Shown: piece by piece, positions 24,213 through 38,077 of the stretch | Numbering within the stretch: the stretch's first letter is position 1 | Layout of the letters: each line of letters starts with the position of its first letter | Source: Ranitomeya imitator | Taxonomy: Eukaryota | Length of the DNA: 64,000 nucleotides | Direction: 5' to 3' | Assembly: GCF_032444005.1 (NCBI RefSeq) | Contig: NC_091283.1 | Span: 61,132,001-61,196,000 of the forward strand | Made by a program: the position numbers and the translations under genes | Notes under the pieces: model-generated | Told to the model about the DNA's origin: nothing | Seen by the model: the letters and a program-made list of their open reading frames with translations, nothing else | Database searches by the model: none

Positions 24213-25365
24213 GGACCGGGGGGCTGCCAGCTGAGACTGGGGGGCTGCCAGCCGAGACCGGGGGACTGTCAGCTGGGACCGAAGGGCTGCCAGCTGAGAC
24301 CGGGGGGGCTGCCAGCTGAGACCGAGGGGCTACCAGCTGAGACCGGGGGACTGTCAGCTGGGACCGAAGGGCTGCCAGCTGAGACCAGGGGGCTGCCAGC
24401 TGAGACCGAGGGGCTGCCAGCCGAGACCGGGGGACTGTCAGCTGGGACCGAAGGGCTGCCAGCTGAGACCGGGGGGGCTGCCAGCTGAGACCGATGGGCT
24501 ACCAGCTGAGACCGGGGGACTGTCAGCTGGGACCGAAGGGCTGCCAGCTGAGACCGGGGGGGCTGCCAGCCGAGACCGGGGGCTGCCAGCTGAGACCGAA
24601 GGGCTGCCAGCTGAGACCGGGGGGGCTGCCAGCTGAGACCGGGGGCTGCCAGCTGAGACCGGGGGGGGGCTGCCAGCTGAGACCGGGGGCTGTCAGCTGA
24701 GACCGGGGGGCTGCCAGCTGAGACCGAAGGGCTGCCAGCTGAGACCGGGGGCTGTCAGCTGAGACCGGGGGGGCTGCCAGCTGAGACCGGGGGCTGCCAG
24801 CTGAGACTGGGGACTGCCAGCCGAGACCGGGGGGCTGCCAGCTGAGACCGGGGGCTGCCAGCTGAGACCGGGGGGCTGCCAGCTGAGACCGGGGGCTGCC
24901 AGCTGAGACCGGGGGCTGCCAGCTGAGACCGGGGGCTACCAGCTGAGACCGGGGGGCTGCCAGCTGAGACCGAAGGGCTGCCAGCTGAGACCGAGGGGCT
25001 GCCAGCTGAGACTGGGGGCTGCCAGCCGAGACCGGGGGGGGGGCTGCCAGCTGAGACCGGGGGGCTGCCAGCTGAGACCGATAGGCTGCCAGCTGAGACT
25101 GGGGACTGCCAGCCGAGACCGGGGGGGGGGGGGCTGCCAGCTGAGACCGGGGGCCGGGGGGCTGCCAGCTGAGACCGGGGGGCTGCCAGCTGAGACCGAG
25201 GGGCTGCCAGCTGAGACCGGGGGGCTGCCAGCTGAGACCGAGGGGCTGCCAGCTGAGACCGGGGGGCTGCCAGCTGAGACCGGGGGTCTACCAGCTGAGA
25301 CCGGTGGGCTGCCAGCTGAGCCCGAGGGGCTGCCAGCTGAGACCGGGGGCCTGCCAGCTGGGACC
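24213..25365. repeat. ~20-21 bp GC-rich minisatellite (gggggctgccagctgagacc)n, ~55 units
   Basis: Directly visible tandem array with a variable G-run. Confidence 0.97.
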
Positions 25366-25904
25366 GCTGCTCCACCGACTCATTATTGTATCCTCTATGG
25401 GACCAAAGTTTGTTTTTCTTCACAGAAAATTGTTTTGTTGCAAAGAGGCCAATTAACAATAAATAATAATAAAATATCAACGTTGTGTGATATGCAATAT
25501 AATTACTGTTCTGTCATTAGGGAAAAGAGCAGATATATAAATATCTATTGTTTAGCATGATATTTCTATCCAGGGATATTTCTAATTAGAATAGCAAACT
25601 GATCCAAAATAATGCATGTGTGTCCATACTCTCCCCCAAAAGGAGATTTGGGGTGTTCTCATACTATTAACCCCTTTACCCCGGGCCCTTTTTCATTTTT
25701 GCGTTTCTATTTTTCGCTCCCCTTCTTCCAACTTTTTTATTTTTCCATCAATATGGCCATGTGAGGGCTTGTTTTCTTGCGGGACAAGTTGTACTTTTGA
25801 ATGACACCATTGGTTTTACCATATCACGTACTCAAAAATGAGAAAAAAAATTCCAAGTGTGATGAAATTGCAAAAAAAAGTGCAGTTCCAAAATTGTTTT
25901 ATGG

Positions 25905-26325
25905 ACCCAACAATGCAGACGAGCTGAAGGCTGCTAACAAAGCAACCTGGGCTTCCATAACCCCTCAGCAGTGCCACAGGCTGATCGCCTACATGCCACG
26001 CCACATTGATGCAGTAATTGATGCAAAAGGAGCCCAACCAAGTATTGAGAGCATTTACTGATCATACATTTCAGTAGGGCAACATTTTGGAATTTAGAAT
26101 CATTTTTCAAACTGGTGTTATAAAGTATTCTAATTTACTGAGATAATGACTTTTGGGTTTTCATTGGCTGTAAGCCATAATCATCCACATTAATAGAAAT
26201 AAACACTTGAAATAGATCACTCTGTCTGTAATGAGTCTATAGAATATATGAGTTTCACTTTTTGTATTGAAGAACTGAAATACATTTACTTTTTTATGAT
26301 ATTCTAATTTTGTGAGAAGCACCCA
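25905..26325 (+). mobile_element. Tc1/mariner 3' fragment
   Basis: Encodes ...PNNADELKAANKATWASITPQQCHRLIAYMP... followed by terminal sequence. Same family as 62.5-64 kb and 49550-49693. Confidence 0.85.
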
Positions 26326-26594
26326 TACAGTACACAGTTACTTATTTTCAGGTGAAATATTGATTTGAGATATAAAAAAAATAAAATTACAGTTACTTTT
26401 TAAGTTCTATACTGGGACTAAAAAAAATATATAAAAAAATTCAATAAACATATAGGGAAAAAATTTCAAGCAATAAAACTTATACTTCTTTTTGCACAAG
26501 AACAAAAAAAAAATACAAATGCTTGATTTTGCCCCATCTGTAAGAACCTGAATTCCAAAATAACGTTATGTATATTTCATAGTGGATGCAAATA

Positions 26595-28036
26595 CAGTGT
26601 CTTGAAAAAGTATTCATGCCCCGTGAAATTTTCCCATGTTACACCCACAAACAAACTTATTTTGTTGGGATTTTATGATTACCAGCACAAAGTAACAAGT
26701 ATATGTGAAGTGTAAAGGAAATGATACATGGTTTTCTAAATATTTTAAAAATATAGAGCTTAAAATTGTGACATGCATTTGTATTCAGCCCCCACCTCCC
26801 GAGCTCACACTTGTCAAGTCTTTTGGGGTTTGTCTCTACCAGCTTTTCACATCTAGAAGCTGACATTTTTGCCCCTTCTTCTTTGCACACTCGCTCGGTG
26901 AGATTGGATGGAGACGTCTGTGAGCAGCAATTTTCAAGTCTTGCCACAGATTCTCAATGGGATTTAGGTCTGAACTGTGAATGGGCCACTCACACACATC
27001 AATATGCTTTGCTCTAAACCATCCATTGTAGCTCTGGCAGGATGTTTAGGGTAGTTGTCCTGCTAGAAGATGGAACTACTCCCAGTCTCCAGTCTCTTGC
27101 AGCCTCTGACAGGTTGTCCTGAAGGATTGCCCCGTATTTAGCCCTATCCATCTTCACATCAACTCTGACCACCTACCCTGTCCCTGCTGAAGAAAAGCCT
27201 CCCCACAGCATGATGCTGCCACCACGTTTGACAGTGGGGATGGTGTTTTTTTCGTTACACATAGAGTTTTGCATTTAGTCACAAAAGTTCTACTTTGGTC
27301 TCATCTGACCAGAGCACCTTCTTCCACATGTTAGCTGTGCCCCCTACATGACATCCGTTCAATTTCACTGAACTAGATCTAGTTTGCATGGAAGGTTGGG
27401 AAAAAAAATGTCAGCTTTTAGATGTGCGAATTTGGAAGAGACATACTAAAAACATGCATTAGTAATTGCAGTGAACGGTAGTACTACAAAATATTGACTG
27501 AATACAAACGCACGTCATCATTTTCAGATTTATATTTTTCAATTATGTAGAAAACCGTGTATCATTTCCTTTACACTTTAGGCTACGTTCAGACTAGCGT
27601 TGCGCGCCGCTGCGTCGGCGATGCAACGCACGACGCACAAAAAAACACGGCAAAACGCACGCAAAAACGCTGCGTTTTGCGACGCGTGCGTCGTTTTTTG
27701 CCGAAAATCGGACGCAAGAAAAATGCAACTTGCTGCGTTTTCTTGGTCCGACGCTAGCGGCAAAAAAGACGCAAGTGTTGCAAAACGCAGCACACAAAAA
27801 CGCATGCGTCCCCCATGTTAAACATAGGGGCGCATGACACGTGCGTCGCTGCTGCGTCGCCCGACGCTAAGTCGACGCACACTAGCAGAACGCTAGTGTG
27901 AACGTAGCCTTACAAATACTTGCTGTTTAGTGTTAGTAGAAAATAAAATCCCAATAAAATACATTTAAGTTTGTGGGTGTAACGTAAAAAAATGTGGAAA
28001 AGTTTGCAGGGTGTAAATAACTTTTTTAAGGCTCTG
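26595..28036. mobile_element. non-autonomous Tc1-like element containing a MITE
   Basis: ta|cagtgtcttgaaaaagtattca start, ...ttttttaaggctctg|ta end and degraded transposase relics. Confidence 0.7.
27581..27909. mobile_element. Harbinger-like MITE (ggctacgttcac family)
   Basis: TIRs with tta TSD. Relatives at 31902-32210 (taa), 32524-32871 (tga), 41247-41616, 50564-50880 (taa) and 56474-56920 (taa). Confidence 0.85.
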
Positions 28037-28307
28037 TAAGAAGTCCTCATAAAACTTTGTTTTTATGGTGCAAAAATAGATAAATAAAACAAAAGTTATA
28101 CATTCTATTCTATGTAGAAAATGATGCCTTACAATATAGAACTTTGTGAATAAAACAAGTTTTCATCTGGCTACTGATCCAGAGCCTGATTAATGTGTTT
28201 TTACTCTGTACATTGTTAGTCTTTTCCATGTCAGCAGAACATACAGAGATGTAGACATACATTGTCTACATTTCCTGCTCTTCATCGTCGTCATCATCAT
28301 CATCCAG

Positions 28308-29243
28308 TCATATGGTCGTTCGTACCCATCTGCGATTCAGTGCGGATTTGACATCTTTGTTTTTCAGGCTGTAGATCAGTGGGTTCAGCATGGGGACGGC
28401 AGCCGTGTTGAACAAGGAGAAAAGCTTGTTGGATTCCAAAGTGTCCGTTGAAACCGGTCTAAGATACTGGCAGACAAGTGTCAAATACAGAAGTATGACC
28501 ACGGTGAGGTGTGAAGAACACGTGTAGAAAGCTTTGTGCTTCCCTACAGTGGAACTGATGCTCACTATGGTACGGATAATGAAGATGTAAGGGATAAATG
28601 TGAGGACAAAGGGGAAGGTGGAAAGGAAGAGTCCGCAGATGAACATCAAAAAGTCAGAGAGAGACGTATCGTTACAGGAAAGTTTCACTAGAGGGACAAT
28701 GTCACAGAAGAAGTGGTTTATTTCATTAGATTTATAACAAGTGAATCTGGATATTAGAACAACGTGAGGTAGAGATTCCACAAAGCCTAAAACCCAACAA
28801 ACAAAGGCCAGCGTAGAGCAGACGCCTCGGTTCATGACTGTGGAATAGCGCAACGGGTTACAGATGGCGACATAGCGATCGTAACTCATGGCCGTGAGTA
28901 TCAACAATTCATTGCACACCAGAGATGTGAAGATGAACATCTGAGCCAAACATGACAGGACAGAAACGGTCTTGTCACCAGATAAAAAGCTAACGAGGGT
29001 CTTATGAAGAGTGACCGTGCTGGAAGAGATGTCCAAGATGGAAAGGTTACACAAGAAGAAGTACATGGGAGTATGGAGCTGAGGGTCCGCGCACACCAGC
29101 AGGAGGATGGTCATATTACCACCAATGGTAATAAGATAAATAAAAAGGACCAAGAGGAATATTGGCACCTGAAGAGTCGGGACATCAGAAATGCCCTTAA
29201 TAATGAAGAAAGTGGTCAACACTGTATGATTTGCTGCATTCAT
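28308..29243 (-). CDS. olfactory receptor (class II/gamma-like), intact, 311 aa
   Basis: Motifs LHTPMYFFLCNLS, MSYDRYVAICNPLRY, HFFCDIVP, KAFYTCSSHL and PMLNPLIYSLKN. First ATG at 29243 (the ORF-track start is TTG). Upstream acceptor ttttcag at ~29266. Confidence 0.95.
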   Translation of the reverse strand: MNAANHTVLTTFFIIKGISDVPTLQVPIFLLVLFIYLITIGGNMTILLLVCADPQLHTPMYFFLCNLSILDISSSTVTLHKTLVSFLSGDKTVSVLSCLAQMFIFTSLVCNELLILTAMSYDRYVAICNPLRYSTVMNRGVCSTLAFVCWVLGFVESLPHVVLISRFTCYKSNEINHFFCDIVPLVKLSCNDTSLSDFLMFICGLFLSTFPFVLTFIPYIFIIRTIVSISSTVGKHKAFYTCSSHLTVVILLYLTLVCQYLRPVSTDTLESNKLFSLFNTAAVPMLNPLIYSLKNKDVKSALNRRWVRTTI

Positions 29244-29475
29244 TGGTCCCAATGATCGATAAAATCTGAAAATAGAAAATACTTGCCAATAAATTTGTAA
29301 TGCAAATTTTAGACAGTCGGCTATGGATATTCGTAAATCTGCGACAGCAATATCACAGAGGGAGAAGAGATCTAGGATTATAAAAGTTTACATTGTTATT
29401 TTGATTACATTAAAAAAATACAATAAAATCATGTAAAAAACAAGGACATCTCAAGAAAGTACAGACCACTTGATT

Positions 29476-30406
29476 GGGACTGACAGGTCTCTCCCTTTTG
29501 GCTTCGAGCTTCCCCCGTCCGATCTCAGTGGGACTGATAGTTCTCTTCCTTTTGGCATCGAGCTCCTTTTCCGACCGAGCTTGGCAGGACTGACAGGTCT
29601 CTTCTAGTGATGAGCAAATATACTCGTTACTCGAGATTTCTCGAGCATGCTCGGGGGTCCTCCGAGTATTTTTTAGTGCTCGGAGATTTAGTTTTTCTTG
29701 CCGCAGCTGAATGATTTACATCTGTTAGCCAGCATAAGTACATGTGGGGATTCCCAAGCAACCAGGCAACCCCCACATGTACTTATGCTGGCTAACAGAT
29801 GTAAATCATTCAGCAGCGGCAAGAAAAACTAAATCTCCGAGCACTAAAAAATACTCGGAGGAACCCCTGAGCATGCTCGAGAAATCGCAGTCCCACTGAG
29901 CTCGGACAGGAGAAGCTTGATGCCAAAAGGGAGAGAACTGTCAGTCCCTCCGAGCTCGGACGGGAGAAGCTCGATGCCAAAAGGGAGAGACCTGTCAGTC
30001 CCACCGAGCTCGGACGGGTCTCTCCCTTTTGGCATCGAGCTTCTCCTGTCCGAGCTTGGAGGGACTGAGAGGTCTCTCCCTTTTGGCATCGAGCTTCTCC
30101 CATCCGAGCTTGGTGGGACTGACAGGTCTCTCCCTTTTGACATCGAGCTTCTCTTGTCTGAGCTCGGTGGGACTGACAGTTCTCCTACTTTTGGCTTCAA
30201 GCTTCTCCCGTCCGAGCTTGGTGGGACTGACAGTTCTCTCTTTTGGCTTCGAGCTTCTCCTGTCAGTCCCACCAAGCTCAGACAGGAGAAGCTCAATGCC
30301 AAAGGGGAGATAACTGTCAGTCCCACCGAGCTCGGATGGGTGAAGCTCGATGCCAAAAGGGAGTGAAAGCTCAGTCCCACTGAGCTCGGACGGGAGAAGC
30401 TCGATG
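29476..30406. repeat. 54-bp tandem repeat in alternating orientations, interrupted by a truncated hAT MITE
   Basis: Unit gggactgacaggtctctcccttttggcatcgagcttctcccgtccgagctcggt. The 18-aa periodic ORFs on both strands follow from the unit length. Confidence 0.9.
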
Positions 30407-33378
30407 ACTCTGGAGGTCCCTTCCAACTCTAACATTCTAGGATTCTATGTGTGGGGCAATATAGCAGGCATTTATTGGGTAAATGTGCTAAATACTGTTT
30501 GTTAGCATGATGGCTAGTGTTAATTTGGGTAATATGAAGTGGAACTCATGGGAGACATGCCAAAGCACTGTGCACTTTCACACAATTATCTTGCCCCTGC
30601 ATATGTAAAGAAAAGATCTCCAGCATTAGCCATCCCACTGCCTTTTGCCTATGGAGAATGCATGACTGTCCAGGAAACTGCAGCAGGGCTCTATGCAAGT
30701 GAATGGAGCCGTGCCGCAGCTCTGTGCACAACTGATGGCCAGGAGCACAGTTATATGAAGGCAGCACTATGGCGCCTTCTACCATAGGATACATGGGGGT
30801 CTTGGTACAAACCTTATTATATGAACAACTTAAAGAGAACCTGATAGCAGCTTTTTAGGAGGGCAACCAGTAGCGATGTATAGGTCAGTGTTCAAGAGTT
30901 AGGCCAAGGTTACACGACAATAGATTCTATTTTCTGAAAGAATCGGGTCAATCCGAGTTTGCTCAGAGTGTCAGCATAGTGTGATCTGAATGATAGAATC
31001 GGAGCCCACTGAGGAACAGGTGGAGAACAACATTCCTCCATCTTCTAAATTCTGTGAGTCAGCGGAAACTGGACTGCACTCAGATGTCATCCGAGTGCAG
31101 CCAGATGTTTTCCATGCACCCAGAGACTTTAAAGGGAACCTGTCACTAGTTTTGTCATATCTCAACTAAAACTACCACCTTAACCAGCGCCTGTGCTGCA
31201 TTCCATAACTAGTTATACAAACCATTGACTTCCCCTGTAGACCACCCCAAAAATCTTTTGAAGCTCTCCTGCGCTGTATGGTAATCCTGCCAGTCCGATA
31301 GGTGTCCTTTCTTGCCTCTCCGTCCCTTCTCTTGGCTGCTGCTCGTCTTCCTCCTTTTTTGATTCATGTGTATGATGCCTCCTGTGTCATTAAAATTGCT
31401 GGGCGGAATCTTGCATCTGCACTTTGCCCTACTGTGGGCAGAGATGAAACATAAGTGCGCATATCTTGAACAGCCACATAGACAAAAATGGGCAAATATT
31501 ATATTCGTGAATCACACAGACATATGATTGATGCCTTATTGTGTTCATGGCCAAGGAAGTTCTCCAATAAGGAATATGGACACCAGGACATCTTTAAAGG
31601 CATTTTTTTTAGTTACTGTATCCATTATGGGCCAAAAAAATTATTGCAATTTTCATAAATTTTTTTTTGCACCATTTGGGTTTTACAGGCTCCTTGTTTC
31701 TCTGCACACTGCGGAATGAGATTTGCTGAGGATCCATCAGTGAGCTCGGTCTGCCAGGGAGGTGGTAAGGGGATATGCACACAGTGGCTTTTTCAGGTGG
31801 ATTCTGCCTGCAAGTTGCCTAAAAGAGCATTGCAAAACTGCCATCGAAAATAAGCAAAATGTACAGCAATGTGCACATATTCGGTCTTTCTTACCTATTA
31901 AGGCTACCTTCACATTTGCGTTGTGCTGTGCTGCGTCGGCGACGCAACGCACAACGCAAACCAAAACGCATGCAAAACGCATTGTTTTGTGACGCATGCG
32001 TCCTTTTTTGGCGTGATTTTGGACGCAAAAAAAATGCAACTTGCTGCGTCCTCTGCGCTCTGACGCGTGCACCAAAAAAGACGCATGCGTCACAAAACGC
32101 AATGCAACGCATGTCCATGCACCCCCATGTTAAATATAGGGGCGCATGACGCATGCGTCGCCGCGGCTGCGCCCAACGCAGTCCGGCAGAACGCAAATGT
32201 GAACGTAGCCTAACTGCATCAGAGTTGGGAAACTATGAAGGGGTGTAAATAAGCGTCATGGTCAATCCTTGGGTAGCTCCACTAGGAAGCCACTCGTGAG
32301 TTTAGGCAAAAGCAGAGGAAAGAAAAAAAGAAGACGCCGGTGAGGCAGCCGATGCAAGAATTGACAGCGAAGCCTCTTTAGGTTTCGCCTAGGAAAACCT
32401 CAGAGGCTCCACCAGCGTCGTAAAGAGTGGAGTGCACATGGCCAAACTCTTATCTGTCTTTTTGTGAACTGCTCTCAGCTCATTTATGACTACAGACCTC
32501 ATAAAATATTAGCTGAACTTTGAGGGTATGTGCACACGTAGAAAACTCCTCAGCGGATTTTTCCGCAGCGGATTTGTTAAATCCGCAGTGCAAAACCGCT
32601 GCGGTTTTCACTGCGGATTTATCGCGGTTTCTATTGCGGATTCCGCTGCAGTTTTACATCTGCAGTTTTCTATTGGAGCAGGTGTAAAAACGCTGCGGAT
32701 TCCGCACAAAGAATTGACATGCTGCGGAAAATAAAACGCTGCGTTTCCGGCGCGTTTTTTTCCGCAGCATGTGCACTGCGGATTTCATTTCCCATAGGTT
32801 TACATTGTACTGTAAACTCATGGGAAACTGCTGCGGATCCGCAGCAAAATCCGCAACGTGTGCACATACCCTGACATGGTCATAAATCAGCAGGCGGGAG
32901 TTCAGAAAAAAAAAAAAAAAACGACTTACAAACTCGCTGTCAGGATGAGCTCACTGGCGGAATTAGACATTTACTTACATATATAGGAGGATTCTGTTTC
33001 CTGGATCAGATTATTCAGTGTATGAGAGCAGCTTGTTGGGTCATTATGGCGTAAAGAGTTCCATTACTGTGCTCACTACACAGCCTGGGAACACAGACTG
33101 TGATAAGAAAATATAGACCTGAGAAATGGACAGCTTGTATCTCAGTATGAATGGTCTGATGGCGGAAGTTACTGACAGTTATAATGCATCATTGGCGCCA
33201 TATGAAAAATCCATGCTGCAAGGCCCTATAAATATATCTATGAGGAGCATTTATAATACCGGGGAAGGATCCAAGACTCTTGGGAGAAAGTCTCAGGACG
33301 CACAAATCCATTTTTTTCCCCTCAAGTTTAATTAGAAACAAATAGTAATCATTATATATATTTATATTATAATATATA

Positions 33379-36300
33379 CACTGAGGAGTAAAAGGGTAAC
33401 AATGTTTTGAACTTTTGACTTTCAGGCTCCATATCTCACCATCCACTACTGTTTAGAATGTGAGACCACCATCATTTTATAGACAACATGGATATCTCGT
33501 TTCATAAATTTAATTTGCAGCTATTTAGCATATGATTAATTATGAAGATTCTTCTCGTGTCACTCCATTGTTACTTGTTTGCTCCTAAAAATCTAAATTT
33601 AATTTATTATTTTATAAATCCACCTTTGGCTTTCAGCACTGCTTGAAACCTTGTGGGCAAGTTCCCCATCAGATTCAAGCATGTCTTGACTGAAATCTGA
33701 TCCCAGGTCTCTTCTACATATTCCTAGAGTTGGTGCATACTGGTCGCCTCACTGGGGTATGTATACAGCTTTTCTTCAACTCTACCCATAAGTGTTGGAT
33801 TGGGTTGAGATTTGGGGACAGTGGGGCCAATCCAGCACCTCTACTTCATTATCATTGAACCATATCTTCACCAATCTCCACGTATACTTCAGGCCGCTGT
33901 CCTGTTGGAGCACTATGTCGTCCTTTTCATACCCATAGTACTTGAGTGTATTATTATTTATTTATATAGCACCATTGATTCCATGGTGCTGTACATGAGA
34001 AGAGGTTACATACAAGTTACAGATATCACATACAGTAAACAAACTAACAATGATGGACTGATACAGAGGGGCGAGGACCCTGCCCTTGCGGGCTTACATT
34101 CTACAGGATTATGGGGAAGGAGACTGTAGGTTGAGGGTTGTAGGCGCTCCGGTGTTGGTGAGGCAGCAGCGGTGTCAGTGTAGGCTGTAGGCTTTCCTGA
34201 AGAGATGAGTTTTCAGGTTCCGTCTGAAGGCTCCGAATGTGGTTGATAGTCGGACGTGTTGGGGCAGAGAGTTCCAGAGGATGGGGGATATTTGGGAGAC
34301 GTCCTAGAGGCGGTTGGATGAGGATCGAATAAGTGTGGAGGAGAGAAGGAGGTCTTGGGAGGACCGGAGATCACGTGAGGGAAGATATCGGGAGATTAGT
34401 TCAGAGATATATGGAGGAGACAGGTTGTGGATGGCTTTGTAGGTCAGTATTAGTAATTTGAACTGGATACGCTGAGGGAATAGGAGCCAGTGAAGAGATT
34501 TGCAGAGGGGGGAAGCAGAGGAGTAGTGAGGAGAGAGATGAATTAGTCGGGCAGCAGAGTTAAGGATAGACTGGAGAGGTGCAAGGGTGTTAGCAGGAAT
34601 GTTGCAGTAGTCAAGGCGGGAGATGATGAGGGGCATTTTAGTAGATTGGGGGTTGAGGAAAGGACGGATTCTGGAGATATTTTTGAGCTGGAGGCGACAG
34701 GTGGAAAGAGCTTGGATGTGCGGTTTGAAGGAAGGGCAGAGTCAAAGGTTACTCCGAGACAGCGGACTTCCGGTACGGGGGAAAGCATGATGTCATTGAT
34801 TGTGATAGATAGGTCAGGTAAGGAACATCTATGGGATGAGTTCAGATTTGTCCACATTGAGTTTGAGGAAGCGAGAGGAGAAGAAGGAGGATATGGCTGA
34901 TAGGCACTCTGGGATTCTGGACAGCAGAGCGGTGACGTCTGGGCCAGAGAGGTAGATCTGAGTGTCATCAGCATTGAGGTGGTACTGGAATCCATGGGAC
35001 TTTATGAGTTGTCCCAAGCCAAGTGTATAGATTGAGAAGAATAGGGGTCCTAGAACAGAGCCTTGGGGGACTCCAACAGAGAGAGGGTGGGATGAGGAGG
35101 TAGTGTGGGAGTGGGAGATGCTGAATGTGCAATTGGAAAGGTACGAGGAGATCTAGGATAGGGCGAGGTCTTTGATGCCAATGGAGTAGAGGATCTGTAG
35201 TAAGAGGCAGTGGTCAACCGTGTCGAAAGCAGAGGACAGGTCTAGAAGGAGTACAGAGTATTGTCCATTAACTTTCGCGGTAAGTAGGTCGTTAGTGATT
35301 TTGGTCAGGGCTGTCTCAGTTGAGTGATGGGGGCGGAAACCAGATTGTAGATTGTCAAAGAGCAAGTTAGATGAGAGGTGGGAGGAAAGTTCAGAGTGGA
35401 CGTGCTGCTCCAGGAGTTTGGAAGTGAATGGGAGCAGCGATATTGGGCGATAGCTGGACATAGCAGTTGGATCGAGGGTTGGCTTTTTAAGGATAGGCGT
35501 GATTGTGGCATGTTTGAAAGCAGAAAGGGAAGGTGCCAGAAGATAGTAATAGGTTGAAGAGGTGGGTTAGGGATGGGATAAGTGTGGTGGTGAGGTTGGG
35601 AGGAGGTGGGATGGGGTCGAGTGCCCAGGTGGCGAGGTGCGATTTGGAGAGGAGACAATTAAGCCCCCCTTCAGTGATGTTGGATAGAGAGGTTATGGGG
35701 TTTGGGCATTGGTCTGGTATACAAAGGGGTTGTGGTGGTTGAACAATGAAGACTTGCCTTGTCTGGTTGATCTTATTTTTAAAGTGTGTATGAAGTAACA
35801 TCTTGTATTATACTCACATATAGCTTAGCATTGTGACAACCATCTATCCTGGTCAAGTATCCAACGCCTTTGGCTGTGAAACAACCTCATATCATCAAGC
35901 TTCATCCACTGAACATGATTGTTCCTTCAATTTCTCGATCCGTTATCCCCTTTTTTCCTTGTTTCTTCGAAATAAATTTATACCCATCAGAGCCTAGTCT
36001 ATTCACTTTGATCTCATCGCTCCAAATCACCCATTTCCAATCTTCTACTGTCAACTTTTCACACTTCTTTGCAAACTTGAGCGGATGCTTCTTATGACAT
36101 TATTGAAGTTGAGGATTTTTCACCTTTTTTTGGGCCACCATTCCAGACTTGTGTAATGTGAGTCGCACGGTGCTTGCATGGACGTCTGTGATCTCACTGT
36201 TATGACGCATACGGGCCTCCTCCACTGCAGCGTTTGTTGCGCCAGAACTGATCGACCTTGTGATGAACCGACTTGTTGACTCTGATATTTTGCCTGGACG

Positions 36301-36793
36301 TCCACCTTTTGGCTTCTGAATGGATGGATGGACTTCATTTCATATTCTTCCAACTGTCATGGAGCTCACATGATGCAATCTGGCAATGTTCTTGGCCAAG
36401 AGACCACTATTGATGAGCTGGATGATGCTGTTTCTCTTTTAATGGGAAATCTTCTTAATGGCTGCTCCTCGATTCGAACCACTGACCTTTTCATTAGGAA
36501 TCTACCTAATAACACTCTGAGCTTTTAGGGAAGGTCAGAACAGATTGAAATTTGTAGTATACAGGAAGAAACTTTTTTTTACCACCTGGAGCAAAACAAT
36601 AACAATTCAGTGACAATGGAAGAATCTGCATGACTAAGCAAATGCTAAATAGTTGCAAGTCAAATTTATGTATGAGATAGCCAAGATGATTGTCTATAAA
36701 ATGATGGTAGCCACACGTTTGAAGCAGTAGTGAATGGTGAGATATGGGGCCTGAAAGTCAAAAATTCAAAACACACCCTTTTGCTCATCACTG
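33379..36793 (-). mobile_element. Tc1/mariner element with long TIRs, split by an L2
   Basis: Inverted ends 33379-~33490 and ~36690-36793 with TA flanks. SPNLNPIQHLW relic at ~33790-33830 on the minus strand. Confidence 0.75.
33949..35720 (-). mobile_element. L2/CR1-clade LINE, 5'-truncated and degenerate
   Basis: [27 protein letters not shown] and ADDTQIYLS. 3' hairpin agcaccatggaatcaatggtgct plus (TAA/TAAA)n tail. Confidence 0.9.
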
Positions 36794-38077
36794 TATATAC
36801 AGTACACACTGTAAAATGGTGACCGGTAATGAGCTGGAGGGGTGATGTGTTTCACTGAGGTTAGTAGCTTCAGTGATATAAACTTGGAACATTTTCTCTA
36901 GCGTGTTATGTGCTGAGAGGGGTTAATCAGCCATGACAGGGCCAGGTCTATTATGAACAGTGGAGAGCTGGGCGGGACAGCTGTTCATCATATCCAAGAG
37001 GTAAAAGCAAAATCGTTGGACTTATTGATGGTTCTGTGTACTCTGGAGGGGAGCTGACCTCCTGAACTGGGCTCTTGGTAAACAGAGCTGAATCCTGGTT
37101 CCTGTGTGGGCGAACCAGCAGTTATAAGGAATATTGTGAGTGTTGTTTTGTTTATGTCAAGAAGACTATGTCTATGTCTTTTGTTTGGACTGGTTTATGA
37201 AGCCTGTTTTAATAAACAAGTTGAAAATTTAAATGAGAATTATTCCTGTGACTACCTCGTTAAGCAGCCAAGTGAGCTGATCTACCACAAAACATAAATA
37301 TATCAGGCAAGGCATCGGCTGCATGATTTTAGCCTTGCATGTTTGATTCCTGTCTCTTTCAGAGAAAAACATACTTTAAAAGGGGACTGAGCGCCCGGGC
37401 TGCCAACAGGGCATTACTGTCCTTACTGTTGTATGGGGCCCGGTGAACAGACGTACAGAGCCCAGACCGGCCCCCCCTTTTGTGATTTTGCTCACCGGGC
37501 CCCAGGGTATGATAACAAATGAGAGTTAATATTAATAGAACCAAAAACACATGGGCTACTTGCACAGTGAACAAGTCTGTAGGAACCTGTTCACACACCA
37601 CCAAGAAACCTGAAGACACACAAAGAGCACAGCGAGGTCAAAAATACTCTGTTGTAAAAAAAATCACAGTAAATAAGCAAGTGCTAGTCAAAAAATGAAA
37701 AAAAACAGGGTATTTAGTTAATACTTTTTTTAAAAAAAAATGTATATTAAGCTGCTCTATTATGGGTATACCTTGACGATTGGTGGAGCAGCTTAATATC
37801 CATTTTTCCTGTTTCATCTAGTATGTCCTCATGGAAATTTTCTCTCTGAACCCTGCTTATATAGGTACTATACAGATGATCAGGTTTTTAAATACATCAG
37901 ATAGGGATTATATACATTAGATAGGACTGCTCTATTATGGGTATACCTTGACGATTGGTGGAGCAGCCTAATATACATTTTTTTGCCAAAAAAGTATTAA
38001 CTAAATACCCTGTCTTTTTCATTTTTTGACTAGCACTTGCTTATTTACTGTCATTTTTTTTACAACAGAGTATTTTT

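Noticed and set aside
24494-25480. long ORFs over the 20-bp minisatellite
   Set aside because: Artefacts of a stop-free repeat unit.
29810-30435. periodic ORFs over the 54-bp repeat
   Set aside because: Open on several frames and both strands, so repeat artefacts.
27557-32871. Cys/Arg/Ala-rich short ORFs over palindromic MITEs
   Set aside because: Non-coding hairpin elements with TWA TSDs.
36904-37289. possible solo LTR (tgttatg...accaca with AATAAA)
   Set aside because: No matching TSD found and no second copy in the window.
37750-37972. 40-bp direct repeat with self-complementary ends inside a MITE
   Set aside because: Internal structure of the MITE; no independent function supportable.
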